Positions 39,790 through 50,100 of a stretch of DNA of 64,000 nucleotides are shown here, piece by piece; position 1 is the first letter of the stretch; every line of letters starts with the position of its first letter. Both the position numbers and the translations under genes were made by a program. Source of the stretch: an uncultured Alphaproteobacteria bacterium (GTDB lineage: Bacteria; Pseudomonadota; Alphaproteobacteria; Rhizobiales; Xanthobacteraceae); the NCBI GenBank assembly GCA_963819385.1, contig CAWFVV010000006.1, positions 3,149,812 to 3,213,811 of the forward strand, in the 5' to 3' direction. The notes below the pieces were generated by a model. It was not told the origin of the DNA. It worked only from the letters and a program-made list of their open reading frames with translations, and made no database searches.

Positions 39790-41022
39790 ATGAACGACGC
39801 CGCCACCACCCCGCCGCCCCGCCCCTCCTCCTACGACAAGAAGATCGGCCTCGTGCTGCAGGGCGGCGGCGCGCTCGGCAGCTATCAGGCGGGCGTCTAC
39901 GAGGCGCTGGTGAGATCGGAATATCTGCCCGACTGGATTGCCGGCATCTCGATCGGCGCCGTCAACGGCGCGATCATCGCCGGCAATCCGCCGGAGCGGT
40001 GCGTCGAGCATCTACGCGCCTTCTGGGACGAGATCACGGCACCGACCCAGCTCTGGCCGGCGCCGCCCGACGGGCCGCTGGCGACCTGGCAGCAGAGCGC
40101 GAGCGCGCTCGCCTCGGTGCTGTTCGGCCAGCCCGGGTTCTTCGCGCCGCGCGGACCGCAAGAGCTTTTTTCGCCCGGCAAGTTCCTGAGCTATTACGAC
40201 ACCAGCGCGTTGCGCGGCACGCTGGAGCGGCTGGTCGATTTCGACCGGATCAATCATCGCGGCGGCATGCGGCTGAGCGTCGGCGCCGTGAACGTGCGGA
40301 CCGGCTACTTCGCCTATTTCGACAGCGACAAGATGAAGCTGCGCCCCGAGCACGTGATGGCAAGTGCCGCGCTGCCGCCCGGCTTCCCGCCGGTCGAGAT
40401 CGACGGCGAGCTCTACTGGGACGGCGGGCTCTTCTCCAACACGCCGCTGCAATACATGGTCGACTACTCCCCGCGCCGCAGCCGGCTGATCTTCCAGGTC
40501 GACGTCTTCCAGGCGCACGGCTTCGTGCCGGCCAACCTCGACCAGGTCAACGAACGCGATAAGGACATCCGCTATTCGAGCCGCACGCGGATCGTCACCG
40601 AGGCGCTGCGCGAGCGGCACAATGTGCGCCACGCGATCAACGAGCTGCACAAGCTGCTACCGCCCGAGATCGCCGCGACGGCGCAGGCGAAGCACCTCTA
40701 CGAGCACGGCTGCGTCACCGAGATGGACATCGCGACGCTGATCTACCGCCCGGCCGAGCCGCAGGGCGGCGCGAAGGACTTCGAGTTCAGCCGCTCGACC
40801 ATGCTGGCGCGCTGGCAAGCAGGACTGAACGACGCGTGCATCACCTTGCAGGAATCGCCCTGGCTTGCGCCGATCATGCGCGACGTCGGCGTGCGGGTGT
40901 TCGACGTGATGCATGACCGGCTGGTCCGGCACGGCAAGACCGCGCCGGTCGAGTTGCACGGCATCTCGCAAAGCGACATGCCGGAGCTGAATTTGGTGAT
41001 GGCCGGGCACGAGCGAAAATGA
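39790..41022 (+). CDS. patatin-like phospholipase family protein
   Basis: Oxyanion GGGALGSYQAG, nucleophile GISIG (GxSxG), catalytic DGG. Confidence 0.8.
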   Translation: MNDAATTPPPRPSSYDKKIGLVLQGGGALGSYQAGVYEALVRSEYLPDWIAGISIGAVNGAIIAGNPPERCVEHLRAFWDEITAPTQLWPAPPDGPLATWQQSASALASVLFGQPGFFAPRGPQELFSPGKFLSYYDTSALRGTLERLVDFDRINHRGGMRLSVGAVNVRTGYFAYFDSDKMKLRPEHVMASAALPPGFPPVEIDGELYWDGGLFSNTPLQYMVDYSPRRSRLIFQVDVFQAHGFVPANLDQVNERDKDIRYSSRTRIVTEALRERHNVRHAINELHKLLPPEIAATAQAKHLYEHGCVTEMDIATLIYRPAEPQGGAKDFEFSRSTMLARWQAGLNDACITLQESPWLAPIMRDVGVRVFDVMHDRLVRHGKTAPVELHGISQSDMPELNLVMAGHERK

Positions 41023-41118
41023 GGTGAGCGTAGCCCGCATGGAGCGAAGCGAAATGCGGGGAAAACGTCTCCGCCGATAGGGTGTTCCCGGATTACGCTT
41101 CGCTCCATCCGGGCTACA

Positions 41119-42310
41119 CTACTTCACATTCTCCCGCAAAAACCTGAACAGCAGCGCGCTCACCGCCTCGGGCTGCTCCTGCTGCACCCAATGGCCGGCG
41201 CCCTCGACCAGATGGAAGCCGACCATGCGGGTGCAGGCCTTGCTCTGCATCCTCTCCGCCGCGCCGGGCGTCTGATAGGTGCCCCAATCGCTCTTGCCCG
41301 CCACATACATCGACGGCACGTCGATGGTGCGCCCCGCGAACGTATGCATCTCGGCCATGCTCTTTGGATCGCTGCCGCGCCGCACCCGATAGCCTTGCAG
41401 CGCGCCCGTGAATTGCGTGCGGGCATATTCGGTCACGTAGACATCGACCTCGGCGTCGGTGAGCCACTTGCAGTTCGCGACCTCGGCGGCCGTCGGCATG
41501 AACGGGGCGACGTTCGCGGCCATGCCCTTGTCGCGCTCCATGACGTAGTAGGTCGGCATGCTGCGCCATCTCGGCGGCCGTGCGCGCCTTGAGCGGATGC
41601 GGCTTGTTCGCCCGCCAGTCGGCACTCTTGTAGTGATAGTAGGCGCGGAAGAACGCGTGCAGGCCCTGCGGCGCGTGCAGCATGTCGTCGTTGGCGCCGG
41701 GCGTGCGCTGGTGATGCTGATAGTATTTGCGCGGCGGATCGAGCTTGGCGAGCTCGACGTCGAGCTCCTCGTCGGTCAACGGACGCCGCGGCGGCGCGGC
41801 GCCGTTCGCCGTATTGAACGGCAGGGCCGGCACGCCGTCGAACGGCGAGCTCATCAGCACGACAGAGCGGAAGACATCGGGGCGGATCAGCGCGCTCCAG
41901 GCCGCGACCGGCGAGCCGGCGTCGTGCCCCGCCACCATGGCGACCTCGCGATAACCGAGCGCGAACACGAGCCCGACGGCATCGCGCACCATGTTGAGGA
42001 TGCGGAAGGGATCGGGGTCGGCATCGTAGGCGCCGTCCCAGCCGATGGTGCGCCCGTAGCCGCGCTGGTCGGGCGCGATCACGTGGTAGCCCGCCGCGGC
42101 GAGCGGCCGCATCACCTTGCGCCAGCTATAGGCGAGCTCCGGAAAACCGTGCAGCAGCAGCGCGGCAGGCCGGCCCGGCGTCTCGAAGCCGGCCTCCAGG
42201 ATGTGCACCGTCATGCCGTTGACGCCCGCGATCATGCGCGAGCGGATATCCGGCGGCAGCGTGCCGTTGCCGTAGGGGGAAAGGTGAGAAAGCGGGTTGG
42301 TGGCGCTCAT
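41119..42310 (-). pseudogene. alpha/beta hydrolase (epoxide-hydrolase-like), frameshifted near 41560
   Basis: N-terminal 250 aa (HGFPELAYSWR, nucleophile region GHDAGS) and C-terminal 135 aa (MPTYYVMERDKG...GAGHWVQQEQPEAV) lie in different frames. One extra nt at gcgcagCatgccg. Confidence 0.6.
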
Positions 42311-42448
42311 CGCGGCAGCGTAGCCCGGATGGAGCGAAGCGCAATCCGGGAACACCCTATCGGGCGGAGACGCTTCCCCCGCATTACACGGAGTTCACCC
42401 TTGGGCTTGCCGAAGGCAAGACCCGAGGGCTCCATGCGGACTACGACG

Positions 42449-44404
42449 CTACTGCGCCGGCAACCCGCGCACGACAAGCCGATTGAGCCGCGCCGCAAAC
42501 GCCGCCGGATCGGGCGGCACCTCGCCATCGAGGATCTGCGCCTGATCGAACAGGATCGCGGCGAGATCGTTCACGTCGTCCTCGCGTGCCGCCGTCTTGG
42601 CGCCCGCGAGCGCGCGCACGATCGGGTGGCGCATGTTGAGCTCGAGGATCGGCTTCGCGCCGACGCCGCGCGACTGGCGTGCAAGCAGACGCTCGAGCTC
42701 GCGGTCGGGCCCCTTGCCGCCCGCGACCAGGCAGGCGGCGCTGTCGGTGAGCCGCTGCGAGGCGCGCACGTCGGTGACCTTGTCGCCGAGCGCGGTCTTC
42801 ACCGCCGCGATCACGATCGCGTCGTCGACCGCGGCGGAGGCCGGCTTGTCGTCGGCCGGCGCGGGCTGCTCGAGCAGCGGGACCAGGTCGAAGTTCACCT
42901 CGCCCTGGCTCAGCGACTTGAGCGGCTTGCCCTCGAAGTCGATCGGCATCGTGGTCCAGAACGAATCGACCGGATCGGTCAGCAGCAGCACCTCGATGCC
43001 GCGCGCCCGCGCCGCCTCGAGCTTCGGGTTCGATTTGAGGCGATCGAGGCTCTCGCCCGCGAGGTAGTAGATCTCGGTCTGGTTGGGCTTGAAATCAGTG
43101 ACGTACTGCTTGAGCGAGCGCAGCGTGCCGGTCGTCGTGGTGAAGCGGGTGAGCGCGAGCAGCGGCTCGCGCCGCTCGAAGTCCTCGTACAGCCCCTCCT
43201 TGATGACGGCGCCGAAGGCCTCCCAGAGCTTGCCGTAAGTCTCGGGCTTCTCCTCCTTGGCGAGGGTTTCCAGCTCCGTGATGACGCGGCCGGTCAGCGC
43301 CTTGCGCATCTGCACGACCTGCGGATTATTCTGCAGCATCTCGCGCGAGATGTTGAGCGGCAGGTCCTCGGAGTCGACGACGCCGCGGATGAAGCGAAGA
43401 TAGGACGGCAACAGCGCCGCATCGTCCGTGATGTAGACGCGCCGTACGTAGAGCTTGACGTGCCCCTTGCGCGACGGATCGAACAGGTCGTATGGCGGGC
43501 GCGACGGCGCGAACAGCAGCACCGCGTAGGACAAGCGGCCCTCGGCGCGGTAGTGGATCGTCATCGCGGGCTCGTCGTACGCGCTGGCGATCGAATGATA
43601 GGCCTGGGTGTAGTCCTCGGGCTTGAGCTCGGACTTCGAGCGCTGCCAGATCGCGCTGGCCTTGTTGATCTGGCGCGGCTCGGCCTTCTTGGCGTCTTCG
43701 GCCGCGGCCTCCTGGTCGTCTTTCTTTTGAGCGTCTTCGGCGCTTTGGGCGACGAGCTCGATCGGAAACAGGATGTGATCCGAATACGTGTGCACGATGC
43801 GCTCGATCTCGTAAGGCTCGAGGTACTTCTTCGCATCGTCCTTGATGTGCAGCACGATCTCGGTACCGCGCGGCACGCGCGCAGCCTGCTCGGGCGTGGC
43901 GGGCGCGATCTCGAAGCCGGCGCCGCCCTGGGAGCGCCACACCCAGGTCTCGTCCGTACCGGCGCGGCGGCTCGTCACCTCGATGCGGTCCGCCACCATG
44001 AAGGCGGAGTAGAAGCCGACGCCGAACTGGCCGATCAGCGCGTTGCCGTCCTCCGCCTTGGCGAGCTTGCCGATGAAGGCGCGGGTGCCGGATCGCGCCA
44101 CCGTGCCGAGGTTGTCGATCAGCTCCTGGCGATCCATCCCGATGCCGTTGTCCGCGATCGTGAGCGTGCCGGCCGCGGCGTCGGGCGTGATGCGGATCGC
44201 GAGCCGCGGGTCCGTGGCGAGCAGGTCGGGCTTGGCGATCGCTTCGTAGCGCAGGCGGTCGCAGGCATCGGAGGCGTTGGAGATCAGCTCGCGCAGGAAG
44301 ATCTCGGTCTCGGAATAGACCGAGTGCACCATCAGGCGCAGCAGCTCGGCCACTTCGGCCTGGAACGGGTGGGTCTGGGCAGTGGTGTCGGTTTCGGTGG
44401 TCAT
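42449..44404 (-). CDS. htpG: molecular chaperone HtpG (Hsp90)
   Basis: GHKL ATPase motifs ([14 protein letters not shown]-like [30 protein letters not shown]), 651 aa. Confidence 0.9.
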   Translation of the reverse strand: MTTETDTTAQTHPFQAEVAELLRLMVHSVYSETEIFLRELISNASDACDRLRYEAIAKPDLLATDPRLAIRITPDAAAGTLTIADNGIGMDRQELIDNLGTVARSGTRAFIGKLAKAEDGNALIGQFGVGFYSAFMVADRIEVTSRRAGTDETWVWRSQGGAGFEIAPATPEQAARVPRGTEIVLHIKDDAKKYLEPYEIERIVHTYSDHILFPIELVAQSAEDAQKKDDQEAAAEDAKKAEPRQINKASAIWQRSKSELKPEDYTQAYHSIASAYDEPAMTIHYRAEGRLSYAVLLFAPSRPPYDLFDPSRKGHVKLYVRRVYITDDAALLPSYLRFIRGVVDSEDLPLNISREMLQNNPQVVQMRKALTGRVITELETLAKEEKPETYGKLWEAFGAVIKEGLYEDFERREPLLALTRFTTTTGTLRSLKQYVTDFKPNQTEIYYLAGESLDRLKSNPKLEAARARGIEVLLLTDPVDSFWTTMPIDFEGKPLKSLSQGEVNFDLVPLLEQPAPADDKPASAAVDDAIVIAAVKTALGDKVTDVRASQRLTDSAACLVAGGKGPDRELERLLARQSRGVGAKPILELNMRHPIVRALAGAKTAAREDDVNDLAAILFDQAQILDGEVPPDPAAFAARLNRLVVRGLPAQ

Positions 44405-44572
44405 CAGGATTGCTCGGCTCATGCGCGGAGGATTGGAATTAGCGCCGGATATATGTTGCAGACTCGCGCCGGGTTCAACCGGGCCGGGCACGCGAAGGCG
44501 GCTTGACGACGCCCGGCACCGGATGTCATCGCGACAAGACCCGGCTTACTGGCGCTTAAGGAAACAACCCAG

Positions 44573-45640
44573 ATGGCTACCACGAACACCGAGCCGGCGC
44601 GCGTGCCGGCACCCGCCTTGAGTGCCTTCATCGCGCGCGCCTTTCGGGCCGCCGGGCTGCCGGAGGACGACGCCAGGACGCTGGGCGACCTCATCGCCGA
44701 GGCCGATTTGCGCGGCTCGGACACCCACGGCGTCTTCCGCATGCCGGGTTACTGCCGGCGGATCAAGGCGGGCGGCGTCACGGCGCGCCCGAATATCCGC
44801 ATCGTCGAGGAGCGCGCCGCGACGGCCCTCGTCGACGGCGACAACGCGATGGGCCACCTGGTGATGAAATTCGCCGCCGAGACCGCAATCGCCAAGGCGA
44901 AGCAGGGCGGCATCGGCTGGGTCGGCGCGCGCATGAGCAATCACGCCGGGCCGGCCGCGCTCTACGCCATGATGCCGCTCGCCCACGACATGATCGGGCT
45001 CTACTTTGCGGTCGGCAGCAACAACCATCTGCCGCCGTGGGGCGGACTGGAATCGCTGCTCGGCACCAATCCGGTCGCGATTGCGGTGCCGGCGCAGGAC
45101 GAGCCGCCGGTGGTGATGGATATGGCGCCGACCGTCACGGCCTACGGCAAGGTGCGGCTGAAGGCCTCGCGCGGCGAGGAGATGCCGGTCGGCTGGATGA
45201 TCGACAAGCAGGGCAAGCCGCTGACCGACCCGAAGCGCGCCGACGAGGGGCATTTGCTGCCGATCGGCGACTACAAGGGCTACGCGCTCTCGCTGATGAT
45301 CGCACTGCTCGCCGGCGCGCTCAACCGCGCCGCCATCGGCCGCGACATCTTCGACTTCAACAAGGAGCTCGGCCGCGCCACCAATACGGGGCAGTCGATC
45401 GTCGCGCTGTCGGTCGAGGCGTTCGCGCCGCTGCCTGAGTTCAAGCGCGGCGTCGATGCGATGGTCCGCTCGCTGCGCGAATCCGAGCGCCTGCCCGGCG
45501 TCGAGCGCATCTGGCTGCCGGGCGAGCAAAGCCATGAGAAGCGGCTCGACCGGGTGAAGAATGGAATCCCGCTGCCGCCGTCGCTGAAGAAGAGCCTCGA
45601 TGAGCTGGCGAAGGAGCTGGGCGTCGCGCCGGTGGTGTGA
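44573..45640 (+). CDS. Ldh_2 family (malate/L-lactate/sulfolactate dehydrogenase-like) oxidoreductase
   Basis: Full-length Ldh_2 homology (HGVFRMPGY, GHLLPIGDYKGYALS). Confidence 0.75.
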   Translation: MATTNTEPARVPAPALSAFIARAFRAAGLPEDDARTLGDLIAEADLRGSDTHGVFRMPGYCRRIKAGGVTARPNIRIVEERAATALVDGDNAMGHLVMKFAAETAIAKAKQGGIGWVGARMSNHAGPAALYAMMPLAHDMIGLYFAVGSNNHLPPWGGLESLLGTNPVAIAVPAQDEPPVVMDMAPTVTAYGKVRLKASRGEEMPVGWMIDKQGKPLTDPKRADEGHLLPIGDYKGYALSLMIALLAGALNRAAIGRDIFDFNKELGRATNTGQSIVALSVEAFAPLPEFKRGVDAMVRSLRESERLPGVERIWLPGEQSHEKRLDRVKNGIPLPPSLKKSLDELAKELGVAPVV

Positions 45641-45973
45641 GGTCTTCCGCTCCCCCGCTTGCGGGGGAGGGCTATCGCAGATGATCCTTGCACGGTGTCT
45701 GCGCTCCCTCTCCCCGCTTCTTCAGCGGGGTGAGGGGCGCTGAGGCGCCGCAAAACACTTCGGTCGTAAGGATTCGCGGAGGCGCCCCCTCACCCCGCAC
45801 GCGGGGAGAGGCAGCGCCGGCGCCGCGCAAGATAGGCAAATGCAATAGCCCTGCGCTTGCGGGGGAGGGATACGCGCACGCAAGTCGGGCCTGCCCGGCT
45901 TGCGCATAATTATTCTGCCGATCTCGGGTAAACCCGGGATCGGTGCGCGCGGGAGGGGGCAAGTCGGCAACCG
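45640..45973. repeat. cluster of family-C REP units
   Basis: Multiple gcgggggagg/cctcccccgc palindromes separated by unique spacers. Confidence 0.7.
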
Positions 45974-46166
45974 TATGAGCAAGCGGCACCCCCTCCCCGC
46001 CCTCCCCGCAAGCGGGCTGTCGTGTGCACACATCTGATTCGTGCGAGGTCGCCTGCAAAGCGAAAAACGTAAGTCATCAAATCATTTCGCCCGTTTTCGC
46101 AAACATCGCATGGCTCAAGGGGTGGGTTCACGTAACCTATTGATCCGGAGTCTCTTTCGAGATGTG
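45974..46166. repeat. ~195-bp repeated element, copy 2
   Basis: ~95% identical to 30673-30866. Confidence 0.7.
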
Positions 46167-46229
46167 TGAATCCAATAGCGCAAGCGGGGGAGGGGGACGA
46201 GAGGCAGCAGTGCGGGAGAGCAAAGAGAA

Positions 46230-46821
46230 GAAAGAAAATCAGCGCTTCGTTTCCGGCGGGTCGACCCAGCCGATGTTGCCGTCGGCGCGGCGGTAGACCA
46301 TGTTCACGCGGCCGTTGACGGCGTGGCGGAAGACGACCGCCGGCGCGCCGGTCATGTCGAGCTCCATCACGGCGTCGCTGACCGAGAGCTGCTCCAGCGT
46401 CGTGGTCGATTCCCTGGATGATCACCGGATTGAAATCGGTGATCTCGTCGTCGGACTCGTGGTCGGGCGCCGCGATGATGTAGCTCTGCGCATCGCCATC
46501 GCCCGCCGCGCCGTTGGGGCCGGGCGCCGAGCGGCCTTTGAGCCGGCGCTTGTAGCGGCGCAGGCGCTTCTCGACGCGCAGCGCCGCCTGGTCGGCGCTC
46601 GAATAGGCATCCGCCGCCATGCCGTCGGTATGCAGCGTCACGCCCGAATCGAGATGGATCGCGCACTCGGTGCGGAAGCCGAAGCCGTCCTTGCCGATCG
46701 TGACATGCCCCGAATAGCCGCCGTCGAAGTACTTCACCAAGGCCTCGGCGACACGCTCGCCGATGCGGCCCCGCAGGGCCTCGCCGATGTCGAGATTCTT
46801 GCCCGAGACACGAAACGGCAT
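46230..46821 (-). pseudogene. hpf: ribosome hibernation promoting factor (long HPF), frameshifted near 46412
   Basis: Strong RBS GGAGGTGATCATG. N-terminal domain MPFRVSGKNLDIGEALRGRIGERV... The C-terminal dimerisation domain (STTTLEQLSVSDAVMELDMTGAPAVVFRHAVNGRVNMVYRRADGNIGWVDPPETKR) is in the other frame; extra g in caggGaatcg. Confidence 0.7.
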
Positions 46822-46908
46822 GATCACCTCCGTGGCCGCCGGGAGCACCTTATTATTGCACGTATGTTCGCACCCGTTCGCTGTCAACGCGGCCTTGGGC
46901 ACGGAGTT

Positions 46909-48456
46909 TCAGCCCGCAACAACCTGCTTCTCGCGCCGACGTTGCACCGAGGACGGAATCTTCATCGCCTCGCGGTATTTCGCGACAGTGCGGCGCGCGA
47001 TGTCGATGCCGGCCGTTCGCAGCATCTCGACGATGGTGTCGTCGGACAGCACGCCGTCGGCGGTCTCGCCGTCGATGAGCTGGCGGATGCGGTGACGCAC
47101 GGCCTCGGCCGAATGCGCCTCGCCGCCGTCCGCCGACGCGATCGACGAGGTGAAGAAATACTTGAGCTCGAAGATGCCGCGGCTGGTCGCCATGTACTTG
47201 TTGGCGGTCACGCGCGAGACGGTCGACTCGTGCATGCTGATCGCGTCCGCGACGGTCTTGAGGTTGAGCGGCCGCAGATGCTGGACGCCGCGGGCGAAGA
47301 AGCCGTCCTGCTGGCGCACGATCTCGGTCGAGACCTTGAGGATGGTCTTGGCGCGCTGGTCGAGCGCGCGCACCAGCCAGGTCGCGGTCTGCAGGCACTC
47401 GTTGAGATAGGACTTCTCGCCCGCGTTCTTCGCGGTCTTCGACACCACGGCGTAGTAGGTCTGGTCGACCAGCACCTTCGGCAGCGTGTCGCCGTTGAGC
47501 TCGACCGCGTAGGTGCCGTCGGCGGCCTCGCGCACGAACACGTCGGGCACCATCGGCTGCACCAGGGTCGAGCCGAAGGCGAGGCCGGGCTTGGGATTGA
47601 GGGCGCGGATTTCGCCGATCATGTCGGCCAGATCCGCATCGTCGACGCCGCACGCCTTGCGCAGCGCCGCAAGGTCGCGCCGCGCCAGGAGATCGAGGTG
47701 CGCGACCAGCGCCTGCATGGCGGGGTCGAAGCGGTCGCGCTCCTTGAGCTGGATGGCGAGGCATTCGGCGAGATTGCGCGCCGCGACGCCGGACGGCTCG
47801 AACGTCTGCACGATCGCGAGCACGGCCTCGACGTCGGCGAGCGGCGCGCCGAGCTTCTCGGCCACCGCCGCGAGATCGCCCACGAGATAGCCGGCCTCGT
47901 CGACGAGGTCGATCAGATGCTGGCCGATGATCCGCCGCACCGGATCGGCGATCGCAAGCACGAGCTGGTCGCCGAGATGACTCGCGAGCGTGGTCTCGGC
48001 TGAAACGAAGGCTTCGAGATTGTATTCGCCGGCCTCGCGTCCGCCGGCGCCGACGCCAGACCATTCCGAATAGCCGGCCGGGTCGGCGGCGCGCGGCGTC
48101 GGCTCGGCGGGCGCGCCCGCATCGTCGGGAAATACGTTCTCGAGGTTGGTATCGAGCCGATCCTCGATGGTGGTGCGGCTCGTTTCCAATTCCTGGCCGA
48201 GCCAATCGCCGGACTGGGCATCGCCCGAGGGCGCCTCGGCGGGAGGGCCGCCATCCTGCGCGGCGTCGTGCTCGGCCGCCGGCCCGTCGTCGCCTTCGCG
48301 GCTGCGCTCCAGCAGCGGATTTTGCTCCAGCTCGTTTTCGACGTAGGCGGCCAAGTCGAGATTCGACAGCTGCAGCAGCTTGATCGCCTGCATGAGCTGC
48401 GGCGTCATCACGAGCGCCTGGCTCTGCCGGATCAGAAGTTTTTGGGAGAGGGCCAT
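46909..48456 (-). CDS. rpoN: RNA polymerase sigma-54 factor RpoN
   Basis: 515 aa. Gln-rich region I, RpoN box ARRTVAKYRE, HTH near the C-terminus. Confidence 0.9.
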   Translation of the reverse strand: MALSQKLLIRQSQALVMTPQLMQAIKLLQLSNLDLAAYVENELEQNPLLERSREGDDGPAAEHDAAQDGGPPAEAPSGDAQSGDWLGQELETSRTTIEDRLDTNLENVFPDDAGAPAEPTPRAADPAGYSEWSGVGAGGREAGEYNLEAFVSAETTLASHLGDQLVLAIADPVRRIIGQHLIDLVDEAGYLVGDLAAVAEKLGAPLADVEAVLAIVQTFEPSGVAARNLAECLAIQLKERDRFDPAMQALVAHLDLLARRDLAALRKACGVDDADLADMIGEIRALNPKPGLAFGSTLVQPMVPDVFVREAADGTYAVELNGDTLPKVLVDQTYYAVVSKTAKNAGEKSYLNECLQTATWLVRALDQRAKTILKVSTEIVRQQDGFFARGVQHLRPLNLKTVADAISMHESTVSRVTANKYMATSRGIFELKYFFTSSIASADGGEAHSAEAVRHRIRQLIDGETADGVLSDDTIVEMLRTAGIDIARRTVAKYREAMKIPSSVQRRREKQVVAG

Positions 48457-49010
48457 TGAGCTCGGTAAACTTGGTCCGTTTCTTGCTTATCGTTTTTGCA
48501 GTGCGGTGTACACTCAATCTTTCGGCCGGCCGGTTAATGATCCGCTCCAGGCCGCGAATCGCCGGGGTGTCCCGGCCGGACCGCCAATCTCGGGCGAGGC
48601 GGAGGCGAAAGCCGACGACGCCAAGCCGCAGGCCGCCGCTAACGTCGCCGATCCGCAGAACGCCGTGACTGGCGGGCCCGACATTCCTGCTCGAGACCCC
48701 GACGTTTGATGGCCGGCTCTGCGGCGCTCCACGAAGAGCACGACATTCGGCTGCGCGCTGCCATGTGGGCCCGGCTCGATGCGCCGCCTGGCTCGGGACT
48801 CTCGCGAATGCCACCAGACGTTAAGGTTGCTGGAAACCGCAGCGCAACCAAAACGCCCATTTGCGATTGATCAGTGCGCCGTGCCGAGGCCCGATCTTTG
48901 CTCCTTCCGACGCTCAGCGGGATCCGCGGCTCGAAAGACCGCGCAAACGTCCCATTTCGCGACGGCGCCGTCGCGGATCGGGACGCCCGCGCACGCGCGA
49001 GGAGTGTGCC

Positions 49011-49250
49011 ATGTGGCGTTCGGCATTCATCATCCTATTGCTGGCCGGTTCATCCGCCAGTTCACCCGCGTTTGCCGGACAGGCGAGCGCCGTCATCCAG
49101 GTGGGTCTCACCATCACGGGCAGCGCCGCCCAGACCCCCGCAAAGGCCAGGGCGTCCGGCAGCAGCAGCGGGCAAGCGGTGGCGGGCGCAAGGGCCGCAG
49201 CGCTGAAACGTTCCGTGCAGGCGCGACCGCGGCCACGGCGGCCACAGTGA
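49011..49250 (+). CDS. small hypothetical secreted protein
   Basis: Signal-peptide-like MWRSAFIILLLAGSSASSPAFAGQA followed by an Ala/Ser/Gly-rich tail. Weak support only. Confidence 0.25.
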   Translation: MWRSAFIILLLAGSSASSPAFAGQASAVIQVGLTITGSAAQTPAKARASGSSSGQAVAGARAAALKRSVQARPRPRRPQ

Positions 49251-49259
49251 ACGAAGTCT

Positions 49260-49559
49260 GAGGAAGCAGCGTCAATGCTTCGTAACGTTGTTCTGTGAAT
49301 TGCGAGAAAAGAATTTGCGTAAATGGAACGTGCACAGAAGAGCGTAAATCAAAAGTGACGAGAGGGAGTAAAGCCGAGGTGAAGAAAAGGGATTAAGCAG
49401 ACGAAACCATTCTGAGTATATCTTTAATCTAATCGATTATTCAGTATACGCTACCTACACACCTTGTTTATTCTAAAACTTAAGCCGCGGGTTCCCCCCC
49501 TACGCAGATACTGGGCGTCTTCGAACGCGCACAAACGCGCGCTCCAGGGGGGACGTCAC
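49260..49559 (+). promoter_or_regulatory. AT-rich upstream region of the pilus operon (likely promoter/H-NS-type target)
   Basis: GC drops sharply. Contains the 10-bp perfect palindrome TAATCGATTA (49430-49439). Confidence 0.4.
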
Positions 49560-50081
49560 ATGTTGAACTCGACGAATGGCAAGTATTGGCCGGCGCATCG
49601 AACGATCGCTTGCGTGGCCGCCATGATTGGACTTCTCGGTGCCAAGGCCGCGCACGCCGCCAGCGCCACGACCACGTTCACGTCGCAGATCACGCTCGCC
49701 GCGACGTGCGTGATCAACAGCGCCTCGACGCTGAACTTCGGCAATCAGGGCATTCTCGCCGCAAACGTCGATCAGAGCTCGACGCTCCAGGTGACGTGCA
49801 CGAACACGACGCCCTACAACGTCGGTCTCGATGCCGGCACGGGCGCGGGCGCGACGGTCGCGGCGCGCAAGATGACGAGCGGCGGCGCCACCGTGAACTA
49901 TTCGCTCTACAGCGACAGCGCCCATACGACGGTGTGGGGCACCACGGTCGGCACCGATACGGTTGCGGCCACCGGCAACGGCACCGGCCAGGGCTATACG
50001 GTTTATGGCCGCGTGCCGCCGCAGACCACGCCCGCGCCGGGCACCTACTCCGACACGGTCACGGTGACGGTCACGTACTAG
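49560..50081 (+). CDS. spore-coat-U (SCPU)-domain fimbrial major subunit, Csu-type
   Basis: Signal peptide, then a Thr/Asn-rich beta-strand protein ending TVTVTVTY, as in CsuA/B-type pilins. Confidence 0.75.
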   Translation: MLNSTNGKYWPAHRTIACVAAMIGLLGAKAAHAASATTTFTSQITLAATCVINSASTLNFGNQGILAANVDQSSTLQVTCTNTTPYNVGLDAGTGAGATVAARKMTSGGATVNYSLYSDSAHTTVWGTTVGTDTVAATGNGTGQGYTVYGRVPPQTTPAPGTYSDTVTVTVTY

Positions 50082-50100
50082 CCGCTCCGCCCATCATCGA

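Noticed and set aside
39790-41022. Patatin-like phospholipase as a possible CBASS (CapV-type) defence effector
   Set aside because: No cGAS/DncV-like nucleotidyltransferase, E1/E2 or other defence genes adjacent. Neighbours are a methyltransferase and a hydrolase on the other strand.
48457-48860. Possible remnant of lptB between rpoN and the pilus island
   Set aside because: An intact lptB exists at 55106-56248. No convincing LptB-like translation in any frame here.
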